Positions 11,871 to 23,767 of a stretch of 64,000 nucleotides of DNA are shown in pieces. The DNA lies in the NCBI RefSeq assembly GCF_006345805.1, contig NC_043006.1, forward strand, positions 16,244,001 through 16,308,000, read 5' to 3'. The stretch's first letter is position 1; every line of letters begins with the position of its first letter. Origin of the DNA: Octopus sinensis (taxonomy: Eukaryota). The position numbers and the translations under genes were made by a program. The notes beneath the pieces were generated by a model. That model saw only the letters and a list, made by a program, of their open reading frames with translations. It was not told where the DNA came from and did not search any database.

Positions 11871-12342
11871 TATAACTCAAAACTCAAAGATCCGGAATAC
11901 AGCATGGCATCACCTGGATAGCTTTTTTCTGTTTTTAATTGATAAGGGTGTGATTTGAGGGAGATTTAGCTATTATTTCAGCTGACTTTTGGAGGCTGTC
12001 TCTAACTCTTCCAACAATCCACCGCCCTGGACTGGCACTTTAATTTATTGACCCCGAAGGGATGAAAGGTAGTGTTGACCTCAGTTGGATTTGAACTCGG
12101 GGCTCAAAGAACCGGAGTGAATAATACTCGGTCTTTTATCTTACACTCTCGTGATTCTTCTCCTCCAAAATATAACAAATCTATAACCTCTAACATTATT
12201 TATATGGATGAAATATCGGTTTCAAATTTTGACAAAAAGCTAGGAATTGTTGGGGAGAGAGCAAGTCGATAACATCGACCCTAGTGTTCGACCCCGAAAG
12301 GAAGAAAGGCAAAGTAGACCCGGTGCGGTAACAATTCTGCCA

Positions 12343-12565
12343 GCTGGCAGAAACGTTAGCACGCCGGACGATATGCTTTGTGGTATTTCGTCCGCCGCTG
12401 CGTTCTGAGTTCAAATTCCGCCGAGGTCGACTTTGCCTTTCATCCTTTCGGGGTCGATTAAATAAGTACCAGTTACAAACTGGGGTCGACATAATCGACT
12501 AAATCCGTTTCTCTGTCCTTGTTTGTCCCTTCTGTGTTTAGCCCCTTGTAGGTTGTAAAGAAATA
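12343..12565 (+). mobile_element. SINE family A
   Basis: Sequence match; followed by a family B 3' half (about 12605-12875). Confidence 0.85.
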
Positions 12566-12629
12566 AATTCTGCCAGCTCGCCGCCTTATACGGGTGAAAT
12601 ATGAAGATGTATTGTGTTTTTGTATGTGT

Positions 12630-12669
<40 letters not shown>

Positions 12670-12905
12670 GTATTTGTGTGTCTGTGTTTGTCTCCCACCA
12701 TAGCTTGACAACCGATGCTGGTGTGTTTACGTCCCCGTAACTTAGCGGTTCGGCAAAAGAGAACGGCAGAATAAGTACTACGCTTACAAAGAATAAGTCC
12801 TGAGGTCGATTTGTTCGACTAAAAAGGTGGTGTTCCAGCATGGCTGCATTCAAAATGTCGGAAACAAATAAAAGAAAATGTGTGTGTGTGTGTGTGTGTG
12901 CATAC

Positions 12906-13000
<95 letters not shown>

Positions 13001-13230
13001 AACCTTGTAACTTGGTGGTTCACCCCAGACCGATAAAATAGCAATAGACTTTATAAAATAGGTAGTGGGGTCGTGGGGTCGATTTGCTCCACTAAACCTT
13101 TCAAGGCGGAGTTTCAGCATAACTGCTGTTCAATGGCTGAAATAAGCAAAAAGATAAAAACAACAACCAAAAGTATATGCGTGAAATGACTAGTGAGAAG
13201 TCAAAAATATGACGTGTGGGTGTTTATATA

Positions 13231-13281
<51 letters not shown>

Positions 13282-13288
13282 TATATAT

Positions 13289-13333
<45 letters not shown>

Positions 13334-13636
13334 CACATATATATATATATATATATATAATATTGAACACACACAGATACATACCCACACACACGCCACA
13401 TACATACTTATAGAGAGAGAGGTTTGGGGGAAAGTTCCAGAACTATACTATAATATGACCTTTCTACAAAAATGACAGTATTAAATGAGCAACACAAAGA
13501 CTTTATTTAGAACTAAAAGGATTATTACGTATTTAAGATAAGATTATACATAAATACAATTAAAGAGGATTCCCAATGTATTTCGAATGAAGTTTTTCAA
13601 ATAATCCTTTTGGCTGTTTGTTTTCTATTAATCGTA

Positions 13637-13680
<44 letters not shown>

Positions 13681-14152
13681 AGTTTGTCTTTGTGTGTATC
13701 TGTCAAACTGTGGTTTTTGTTTATTAAACATATATATTGTTTCATATTTTTGCTCCTTCCGTGTAAAGAGAATTATGCACAAAGATTATTATGTTTTCTT
13801 TAAATGGATATTTAAATTGTAATAGGAACATAAATCATGAAAAATGTCGAATGAAAATACAATTAAACAACATACTATATGCTGCAAACTAGATTTGACT
13901 ACGAGTCAATAGAGAAGCCTCTAAATGGCCGATCGGTCTACTAGACATACCACCCAAATTACTCTGAAATCTCTCCCAAATGCCTTATAAACGGTGGAGA
14001 GGAATTCGATACATTAGCTAATGCAGTCCTCGATACTCCTAAAACGTGAGATGGTCCTACTTGAAGTGCATTTGATCAGAGATCTGCTCAACTAAGAATG
14101 TTCTGTAGCTAAAACGGCAACAGTAATTATAGAACTAGGACGGTTGATACCT

Positions 14153-14320
14153 ATTTCTTTACTACCCACAAGGGGCTAAACACAGAAGGGACAAACAAGG
14201 ACAGACAAACGGATTAAGTCGATTACATCGACCCCAGTGCGTATCTGGTACTTAATTTATCGACTCCGAAAGGATGAAAGGCAAAGTCGACCACGGCGGA
14301 ATTTGAACTCAGAACGTAGC
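14153..14320 (-). mobile_element. SINE family A, 3' part
   Basis: Sequence match. Confidence 0.85.
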
Positions 14321-14404
14321 AACTCTTGTGTTTTCATTTATATGGAAACTGTTTAATCTACTTTCCTATCCTCTTCGTTATCAATTTTATATATATACAC
14401 ACTA

Positions 14405-14792
14405 GATGGAAGCACTCCGTCGGTTACGACGACGAGGGTTCCGGTTGATCCGAATCAACGGAACAGCCTGCTCGTGAAATTAACGTGTAAGTGGCTGAGC
14501 ACTCCACAGACACGTGCACCCTTAACGTAGTTCTCGGGGCTATTCAGCGTGACACAGAGAGTGACAAGGCCGGTCCCTTGAAATACAGGTACAACAGAAA
14601 CAGGAAGTAAGAGTGAGAGAAAGTTGTGGTGAAAGAGTACAGCAGGGATCACCACCATCCCCTGCCGGAGCCTCGTGGAGCTTTTAGGTGTTTTCGCTCA
14701 ATAAACACTCACAACGCCCGGTCTGGGAATCGAAACCGCGATCCTATGACCGCGAGTCCGCTGCCCTAACCACTGGGCCATTGCGCCTCCAC
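14405..14792 (-). mobile_element. SINE family C, full length, 13-bp TSD
   Basis: TSD tatatacacacta at 14392-14404 and 14793-14805; near-identical to 7439-7822. Confidence 0.92.
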
Positions 14793-14929
14793 TATATACA
14801 CACTAATGGTCATCCGGCCTTTGTTCTGGTCTGTACTGTGCTCAAATGTATTTATAAGGCATCTATCGTAATGCCCATGTGTTACATCGTAGTTAAAGAC
14901 TGATGGTCACCACTTTTCACGAGAAAAAG

Positions 14930-15310
14930 ATCTAAATTCCAGCCTGACTTGTTGCTCTAATGCTTCCTGTTCTCTGCAGCAGGCTTTTCTGATTGCATTA
15001 CTTTGAAGTTATTCAATTAACTCCTGTTCTCTTAAACGGGCTTTTCTATCAGCTTGATACTCCAATCTCCGTCGTTCCTGCTCTGCTCTGCTGTCTTATC
15101 AAGCGGTCTTGTCTATCGGCTTCGGATTCCACTCTCCATCGTTTCTGCTCAGGAATCTTTCGTTCCCACAAGCGGATTTCCCAGGTTGTTTCAAACTAAA
15201 GTTTTACTTCTTGTTGCTCTTGTTTCTCAGCGACATTTCATTGTTTTTTTGAAATTGGAACCCGTCCTATCTTTCTTGTCGGGTTTCCCTATCCCTTCGA
15301 CTTCTGATGA
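14930..15310 (-). pseudogene. Degenerate charged-repeat ORF (EQ..RL...ADRKARLREQE units), Helitron N-terminal-like (tentative)
   Basis: Minus-strand translation across stops and frameshifts: IRSRRDRETRQER, ESEADRQDRL, AEQERRRLEYQADRKARLREQE, REQEALEQQVRLE. Confidence 0.4.
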
Positions 15311-15399
15311 TTGAAAAGTATTATGTTGTCTTCTACGCATCATATTGAATGTTCTAAAGTAAAATATCTAAAAATCAAATATTCTGTAACATTCACTTC

Positions 15400-15823
15400 A
15401 AATCAAGCTTGAACAGGAGGCAGACAAGAACACATCTTCTTTGATCCAGCTACAACGGAGAGAAAGAAAGAAACACAAGTTAGGAGAAGAAAGATGGCCG
15501 ATGATCACGTGGGAACCACGTGAGCAAGAGAGAGAGAGTGAAGGAGTGAGAGTGACTAACAGAGAACTGTGGAGGGGAGAGGAATATTCTTCTACCTCCC
15601 CTTCTCCCCCCCCCTGTTTTTCTAACTAATCCTATCTCCAAGTTTTTCCTCTCCCCTTCATAGTTCTCTGTTCGTCACTCTCTCTCCCACACCTTTCCTC
15701 CCTTTCTCATGTTGCTTCCACGTGACCATCGGCCATCTCTCTTCTAACTTGTGTTTCTTTCTCTCCGTCGTAGCTGGATCAATAGAGGCGTGTTCTTGTC
15801 TGTCTCCAGTCCAAGCTTGATTT
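15400..15823. repeat. Diverged fold-back palindrome, arms about 190 bp
   Basis: aaatcaagcttg..gatccagctac..gatggccgatg..cacgtgg on the left is mirrored by ..ccacgtgaccatcggccatc..gtagctggatc..caagcttgattt on the right. Confidence 0.8.
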
Positions 15824-16933
15824 ACGCGTTCGTCACCACAACCTTGTTTAGGCTTAGCAGCCCTTCCAGTTTGTTTTCACTGTCCTATTTGTGTTACCAA
15901 TTTTGACCCTCCGCAAAATCCCAAATTTTATTAAATTTGCTTTGTGGGAACAACTGCTTTATTGAAAGCGTATCTTGTTGTTAAATGCTCGAAATACGAA
16001 AGTAGGAAAACAGCCAACAACTGATGAAGGGTCGTTCTTTGTGTTGTTTGTCTTGTCTTCTATTTGTCTCTTTCGTTGTTCGAAAAAAATAGCTCATATT
16101 CCATGTACTCGTACTTCGTATTTTTGTTGTACACGTTTCGTGACGTCCTGTGCCCACATATGCATATATATATACGTATAGATATATGTACATATACGTA
16201 TGTATTTATGCATAACGCCACGCATCCTCTACAAAGTAAGTTTTATCTATATATGTACACACATATATATATACCGATGTATATGTATGTACATGCATAT
16301 GTGTGTATACATAGACACACACACACATATATATACATATATATATATGTGTGTGTGTGTGTATGTATACACACATATACACGCATACATTTTTGTATAC
16401 ACCTAAGCATGTACATACATATACATCGGTATGTAGGCGTGTGCAAATGCGTGTTCGTGCGAGCATGTTTGTGTCCTTTTGTACATCGATGATCTGTAAA
16501 ATATGTTATTCTTGGAAAAGGAAATATTTTGAAGACAAATGAGTTCAATATTCAATTTCGTGTGTGTGTGTGAGAGAGAGAGGGGGGGCGTGCGTGCGTG
16601 TGTGCTTCAATGTGTGTGTGTGAAATTAATAAAGTAAATTCGCCTGTATTTAGCGTCTGTAATGTCATTCTCATTTCGTTTGTTGTTTCAGCTTTCTTTT
16701 CCCAGTGTAACTAACCTGTCCATAAACTACCTTTGCAACTTCCGCTCTTTCGAACTTCAAATTGCAAAGGTAATTTATCCCCGACCCCCAACCCGATTTC
16801 GAGGGAAGAAAAGTCCACAATGAGCATGACGGATATCATATTAGTTGAAAACACACAAAAAGACCTAACTATTACCAATTTTATTTAGTGAAAATGGCGG
16901 TCAACGTCCAAAAATAGTTTATAAGTATATATA

Positions 16934-16972
<39 letters not shown>

Positions 16973-17004
16973 TATATAATATATATAATATTATATATAT
17001 TATA

Positions 17005-17258
17005 AGTAGATAAATGGTACAACAAGGCACCAATATTTGCTGGAAAATGGCAATCGATATAAATACGACGCTATTGTATATCTTCACTGCGTATACTAGC
17101 AGAGACGTGTGTGTTCAACAACATGAAAAAAAATTGTCTTGCTTCTAGGAATAACATTCGATAAATGGACAACCTAGAATCGGATAATGCAGGACCGGTT
17201 TCTAACTCTTCAAATGCGTTTGACAACGTAAATTTGATTCGTCTTCATCAGCAGCAGC

Positions 17259-17260
<2 letters not shown>
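17005..17260 (-). mobile_element. Hammerhead-bearing repeat; paralog of 58062-58330
   Basis: Alignable by eye over about 250 bp (aataaatggtacaac..cttcactgcgta..ggataatgcag..accggtttc..cttcatcagc). Confidence 0.8.
17187..17257 (-). ncRNA. Type-I hammerhead motif, stem I with mismatches
   Basis: CUGCUG CUGAUGA a GAC..long stem II..GUU a GAA ACCGGU C CUGCAU; ACCGGU palindrome, GUC triplet. Confidence 0.65.
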
Positions 17261-17328
<68 letters not shown>

Positions 17329-18849
17329 ATATATATATATCTATATATATATAAAGCGGTTCAATTCTTCACTATACGAAGAATATTTCAATAAGTCTGT
17401 ATCAAACTACAGCAAACTGTAAACTTTACTTATAAAGACGTCTCGGTGTGAAGTAATGTGTGGAGAGAAAACAGAAAACATTACTTTCGCATGAATAGGA
17501 AAATTCCAAAGTAGAATGAGGTTTTATTTTAAATATATAAGTAGACCAACATTTAATTGTTTAGAATTATAGGAAAGCTGAAGCGATTTTAAGGTATAGA
17601 GGTTTTATATCAAGCAAGAAAAATATCGTGAATTTTAAAGAAAACTGGAATTATCATTCTCAGCTTGAAACCAGCAGGCAAGGCAAATGAAAGAAAATGA
17701 AAAGGTGTGTGTAACACTGAAATTTACTTTCTACTAACACATTAATATGGCTATTTCCTAAGTATAGCGTGTGGATGAAGTCTGTGTGCTAGTAATATTG
17801 AAAGGATGCGGGGGTCTTTCTAATTGAATATTATTAGATTTTTATTTAGTAGAGCTCATCTTTATTCATGTTTACAATGAAATTGATGGAGAACTGTGAG
17901 TACTCTATGTCAAATAATCGTATCTTCTCATCTATAGCGCCTCCAGTTAATTGAACAGCCATCCATTCACGTACGTCTTGTTCCGAACTGGCACTGCGCC
18001 TGATAGTAAAAATGATTTTAGAAATTGTCATGTCAGAGAACACACAGTGTGGAAATATTCCACCGGCTTAAAGTAGATCTGTCATTGATTTTCGTTTCTT
18101 TTTTTTTTTCTTTTTACGTGATTAATCTTTGCTACAACATTTCTCATACACCATTTCTCTTCCAACAATCAACTTTGCATCACTTCTACGGCTTACGTCG
18201 CTGTCCCTAAATACTATCATCATATCCCTATAGAGCGTATTGATGAATTTAAATTGATCATATCCCCTAGGAAAACAGATCTAAACCCGAACCATCTGTA
18301 ATATATCATACATAAACTGGACATAATCATAAACAATTCTATCCATTCTATCCAAAAATCGAACGAAATAAAGCAAGTACGTCAGTATTTCCAAAAGCGT
18401 ACGCGAAATTCTACGCTAACAGCTTGATCGAAATCTATACAGTACACACAAATGTTAACCTCCTAACGCTATGATGTTCACCAGAAGGGATAACACGAAC
18501 CAGTGATGGCGCCTCGAGGTGGTCAATTGACTACATCAACTAACAGCAAAATCTCCCAGTTCAAATAATAGCACAGATTGACCAAAACATATCAGTATGC
18601 TTGTAATTCGGCACCTGGAAAGGTAAGTTTATGCTGGATGGCGTTTTTCACTTGGACGAGCATATAGTCTGATTCGAATCAGATCCCCAATGAGAAAGAA
18701 ACTGAAACAATTTACGATAAAGGAACCAATCTCAGTCAGAAAACGCTGAGAAGCTGAGAAACGGAGAAGTCATTTGGAAGTAGCAAATACAGTCATGTGT
18801 TTCCTGGGCGGCGGGCTGCTATTACGCCCTTATTTTCGTACTTTATAGA

Positions 18850-19998
18850 ATAAATAGAGAATACCAAACGAGTTCCCTATGGATACCGTATTTATTACGA
18901 GTGGCTTGTAAACGTATCTAACGAGCGAAAGCGAGTTAGATACCTTACAAGCCACGAGTTGTAATAATTACGGTATCCATAGGGAATGAGTTTGGTATTT
19001 TATTTATTACACACGAATAAACGACCATATTTTATTAACCCAATAACTAAATTCTTTACATCGTGTTGAAGCGCGCATGAATACAGCTTGATTTCACGTC
19101 AGTGACGTCACAATGTGTAACTGTAAAAGATGTCATGCCGCAGGAAGATAGTCCGACTTTATAGCGCTAAGTTTTCAGGGGAAATGACTGATAACTGATG
19201 ACTGTTTAACATTTTGTTAACATTCAAGTTCACGTTCAAGAAATACATAACATAGATTGAATCTTCAATAACTTTAATAATACTCAAACCTGTTTTCGAG
19301 TAGCAATGTCAGTCATTCCAGAATGATCATACCTCGGTTGAAATTCAAGTTCATTATTGCTCTCATCAAAGAAATCGTCACGTAGAAGTTCGTTGTACAC
19401 CTCATCAGGGATGTTAGATCTAGGGTTCGATGACAATCCACTCGTCGATGACACTGTTTCAGGTACCTTTGTTAACCTGTATCCAGCAACATGTCGAACT
19501 TGGCCAGTATTGATCTTCACTTTGAACATTCTGTATGTTCCAAGAGGTTGAACAACGGATAACACTCTTCCCCCATCTTTACCATCAATCTTAACAAAAT
19601 CATTCACCTTGATATCGACAACAGTAGCCATCTTGTTGATAGATCTACCTGCACTGCAAGAGTATCGACGAGCAGACGAAATATGTTGTGATTTTTTTGG
19701 CAAGAAAAAAGTTGTATTACCACCAGAAATGTTTATATTTTATGTGTATATGACTTTAAGTGATATCTGGTATAAAAAAAGATAGTATGTTTGTTTAATT
19801 ACATGGCAACATTCTACCTGCTCGTGAAAGTAATGAATGAAGTTTAGTTGTAACTTATGAATGACAAAAGTAGTGCCGTCACCGTGACCTCGAGTCATCA
19901 CCATGGATTGACCAATCAGAATCAGCGCTCGCAGTATCTGACATATGTTAGATACCAAAAATATCTCAAAGTGTTCTCACTCACATGTGTGTAATAAT
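18850..19998 (-). mobile_element. Palindrome-ended non-autonomous element, possibly Crypton (tyrosine recombinase)-related
   Basis: 158-bp hairpin 18850-19007 centred on aacgagcgaaagcgagtt. The motif gtatct(a/g)ac..gttagatacc recurs at 18914-18944 and 19934-19956; ttattacacac (about 19003) is inverted at 19988-19998; CCAAT box near 19912. The Crypton label is inference. Confidence 0.45.
19284..19631 (-). CDS. Short ORF: beta-rich SH3/KOW/Tudor-like N-terminus plus acidic linker; probably a truncated element gene
   Basis: MATVVDIKVNDFVKIDGKDGGRVLSVVQPLGTYRMFKVKINTGQVRHVAGYRLTKV...DDFFDESNNELEFQPRY..TRKQV*; non-repetitive and protein-like composition. Confidence 0.45.
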   Translation of the reverse strand: MATVVDIKVNDFVKIDGKDGGRVLSVVQPLGTYRMFKVKINTGQVRHVAGYRLTKVPETVSSTSGLSSNPRSNIPDEVYNELLRDDFFDESNNELEFQPRYDHSGMTDIATRKQV

Positions 19999-20821
19999 TC
20001 ACAATACTACGACATCTATTGTTTTCTCTCCCTGTGAGAGGAAAAGGTTTGCATCAGATGTATCTACAACAAAAAACTTACACTGGCGGGAAGGGTCTCT
20101 TGATATAGACGCTGATGCACAAGAATGCACTGAGGCCGTGACCTCTACAAAGTTTTCTGAACAGTGGACAAGTTTAGTACTCGTTTGTTTGACCTCCTTT
20201 TCCACAGCTTGTCTCGTTGACTTGCTGAAATTCTGTGGGTCAAGTATAAGCCAAGAATAGACGCTTCGCATCTGAAATATTGTTGAAGGTTAAGAACTGT
20301 TTCCCAGCTGATCCAGTGTTACATTATATAAAGGGCTAATGGAAGGTGTGAGTGGTGATGTACTGAAGGACTGTCTGTGTGTCTACGGGAATAGGCCGAA
20401 CGGTGGTTTTATGAAGAGCTTTAAGACGGGTATTATTTGCGATTTCGAGAATTTTTTGAATTTTCCGTGCTACAAAGGTGTTTTTTTTTCTAAAGACATG
20501 GTAAGACCTCAACTGGACGTGTTCAGTTGTCGAGGAAAACGTCGGAACCGTTTTCCAACCACGAGTTCATTGTCAACAATCGCGAACATGTACGATTTGT
20601 CTTACGGCTGTTTCCACATGTAATATAGATTCAGTTGTTTTCTGAGTCGATGATTAAGTATCACTTATCGTTTTAGCAAAGAGGAGAGGGGGGTAGATTA
20701 TTTTCTGCTTCTGTCTATATGCTATACTACAAGAATAGAGAACGCGAATAAAATGGAGACTGGGACTATAATAAGCATCTAAACCCTCATTAAATTCTAC
20801 AGGCACCATTTACTTCGGTTG

Positions 20822-21115
20822 TGGAGGCACATGGCCTAGTGGTTAGAGCAGCGGACTCGCGGTCGAGGTATCGCCGGTTCGAATCTCAGACCGAGCGATG
20901 TGTGTGTTTATGAGCGAAACACCTAAGCTCCACGCGGCTCCGGCAGAAGGTAATGGCGAACTTCTGCTGACTCTTTCGCCACAACTTTCTCTCACCCTTT
21001 CCTCCTGCATCTTGCAGCTCACATGCGACGGACCGGCGTCCCGTCCAGGTGGGGAACCTATACACCAAGAAACCGGGAAACCGGCCCCTATGAGCCAGGC
21101 ATGGCTCGAGATAGA
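20822..21115 (+). mobile_element. SINE with a family C-like tRNA head and a different 3' tail
   Basis: Head ggaggcacatggcctagtggttagagcagcggactcgcgg..ggttcgaatc. It shares the body up to caactttctctcac, then diverges (gaaaccgggaaaccggcccctatgagcc). Confidence 0.8.
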
Positions 21116-21210
21116 ACAAACAATTTACTTCGGTAGACGCGGTACATACAGAAGTCTTGCCCCAACCCAATGTATAACCTACAATGAAATGCATGTGAGT
21201 TTGTGTGTGT

Positions 21211-21247
<37 letters not shown>

Positions 21248-21550
21248 TTTGTGCGTGTGAATCTTTATGTGTATGCGTCTGTGCGTGTGCGTATATGTGT
21301 ATGTGTGTGTGTGTAAGTGTATGTGCGTGTAAATAGGGGGCAGCTTTTCTTTCAGACGTGCTCTACTCAAGACATGACACTGTTCAAGTTATATTACGGA
21401 TTCTTCGTATTTCGCTGTTCTTCGATGTTTATTTTGAAACAAAAGCGTCAGAAAGTCCATTGAAATGTTAATGACCTGAGGAAAGCTACGAATCTCAATT
21501 AAACTATAAAAGCCTAATAAAGAAACAAAGAAAATAATTGACAAAAATTA

Positions 21551-21947
21551 GTAGTGGCTGTGTGGTAAGTAGCTTGCTACCAACCACATGGTTCCGGGTT
21601 CAGTCCCACTGCGTGGCATCTTGGGCAAGTGTCTTCTGCTATAGCCCCGGGCCGACCAATGCCTTGTGAGTGGATTTGGTAGACGGAAACTGAAAGAAGC
21701 CTGTCGTATATATGTATATATGTATGTGTGTTTGTGTGTGTGTGTTTGTCCCCCTGCATTGCTTGACAACCGATGCTGGTGTGTTTACGTCCCCGTCACT
21801 TAGCGGTTCGGCAAAGAGACCGATAGAATAAGTACTGGGCTTACGAAGAATAAGTCCTGGGGTCGATTTGCTCGACTAAAAAGGCGGTGCTCCAGCATGG
21901 CCGCCGTCAAAATGACTGAAACAAGTAAAAGAGTAAAAGAGTAAAAG
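21551..21947 (+). mobile_element. SINE family B
   Basis: A box tggctgtgtgg, B box ggttcagtccc, tail (agtaaaag)n. Confidence 0.9.
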
Positions 21948-22186
21948 TGTGTGTGTGCGCGCGCGTGTGTGTGTGTGGTGTGTGTGTGTGTGTGTGTAAA
22001 AAATACGGTGAATCCGGAATCGATACCATTGAGCGGTACCTTGAACAAACACCTGCTGCTGTGTCTTCGGATTGATCGATTGCTTGATGCGTGAAACGTG
22101 GAAACAGAAAAAAAAATCGTTAATATGTGTGTTAGGTGTATATATATTATTACTATTATTATTATTATTATTATTACTATAATGTT

Positions 22187-22345
22187 AAGGCGACGAGCTG
22201 GCAGACTCGTTAACACGCTGGGCGAAATGCTTAGCAGCATTTCGTGGTCTTTACGCTCTGAGTTCAAATTCCGCCGAGGTCGACTTTTCCTTTCATCCTT
22301 TCGGAATCGATAAATTAAGTACCAGTGAACCATCGCGGTCGATGT
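22187..22345 (+). mobile_element. SINE family A, 5' part
   Basis: Sequence match. Confidence 0.8.
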
Positions 22346-22470
22346 AATTGGATTTACGACACGTCGGACACCCTTGGGTATACCAACAATAACAATCAAC
22401 GTAACGTGTGCTTTGGACCAGCCCCTAGGCGCTAAATACTCATAGCGTTGGTTTTCTCTGTGTACAGAAC

Positions 22471-22509
<39 letters not shown>

Positions 22510-22628
22510 CAATATAGGAATTCACCATAATAGGACAATTCGAACCCACTAAAAGAGCAGCCAACTCAAACCGCTAAATATTTGTAATTCTGAAATTGAA
22601 AGAGAAATAAAAACGTTTACCCCTTTCA

Positions 22629-22723
22629 TCTCTGGACTATGCAAAGTTTCGACAAACGTTTGTAAACAAATTAATTAAATTAAATTAAATTTATTTACAA
22701 CTGGCGTGTCTCGTCAGCAGAGA
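22629..22723 (-). ncRNA. Canonical type-I hammerhead ribozyme, copy 1
   Basis: UCUCUG CUGACGA GAC..(UUGUAAAUAAAUU/AAUUUGUUUACAA stem)..GUC GAA ACU-UUGCAU-AGU C CAGAGA; all core nucleotides canonical; cleavage between 22635 and 22634. Confidence 0.88.
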
Positions 22724-22903
22724 AGCCGAGGATGAGTATATATCCACGAGGCGATGGTAAAGAAGCCTCCAGTCTATATGCTCTAAATTTTCAAAATCTA
22801 CCGCAACCGGTAGATTATATAGTCTTTGACTATCATTTCTTTCTCACTAGACCACTGGTAGCGGAGAATTTTTTCTAGAATTTTTTGCTACCCTTATATT
22901 TAT

Positions 22904-22949
<46 letters not shown>

Positions 22950-23077
22950 TATATATCAACATATAAGGAATTGCCATAATAGGACATTCGACCCACTAGA
23001 AAGAGCAGCCAAACTCAAACCGCTAAATAGTTGTAATTCTGAAATTGAAAGAGAAATAAAAACGTTTACCCCTTTCA

Positions 23078-23172
23078 TCTCTGGACTATGCAAAGTTTCG
23101 ACAAACGTTTGTAAACAAATTAATTAAATTAAATTAAATTTATTTACAACTGGCGTGTCTCGTCAGCAGAGA
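23078..23172 (-). ncRNA. Canonical type-I hammerhead ribozyme, copy 2
   Basis: Identical to 22629-22723; cleavage between 23084 and 23083. Confidence 0.88.
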
Positions 23173-23351
23173 AGCCGAGGATGAGTATATATCCACGAGG
23201 CGATGGTAAAGAAGCCTCCAGTCTATATGCTCTAAATTTTCAAAATCTACCGCAACCGGTAGATTATATAGTCTTTGACTATCATTTCTTCTCACTAGAC
23301 CACTGGTAGCGGAGAATTTTTTCTAGATTTTTTGCTACCCTTATATTTATT

Positions 23352-23390
<39 letters not shown>

Positions 23391-23767
23391 CTATATATAT
23401 ATATATACACCTATGAGCAAATAATGAGCTAGCTGATTCTACACTAAGAACTCGTGCTCTGTTAGATTCATTGGTCTACTAAGGTAATTTAGTTTGAGGA
23501 GACACAAGGAATTCGAAACACCGCAGTGTCTCAAAGTCCCCTTACACTGAGGAATCGCATATGTTACGAACACACGTCGTCTAAAGGGAGATGTTCTCTG
23601 ATGACGAAAAATAGTAGCAATCAGATATTATGTTCGAATCTACCAGAACGTATTATGAATAAACAGATGCATTATCGTTTTCTATGGTATGTATACACTA
23701 CTTATTGTCTAAACCTATTCTACATGACGTCATATCTTCCAGCATAAGAAAATTCCAGCTCTGATAT

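Larger units (their letters stand above)
22506..23352 (-). mobile_element. Tandem dimer of a 449-bp hammerhead-containing unit (retrozyme-like)
   Basis: Two near-identical units offset by exactly 449 bp at the ribozyme, separated and flanked by (TA)n. Confidence 0.75.

Noticed and set aside
16015-16090. CTGATGAAGG core-like sequence
   Set aside because: No stem II or properly placed GAAA/stem III.
18480-18630. Possible plus-strand exon ending at AAG|GTAAGT near 18622
   Set aside because: All three frames are closed from the candidate acceptors.
23590-23650. gttct-CTGATGA...GAA...agaac hammerhead-like arrangement
   Set aside because: A15.1 and stem III are missing and stem II is poor; at best a decayed copy.
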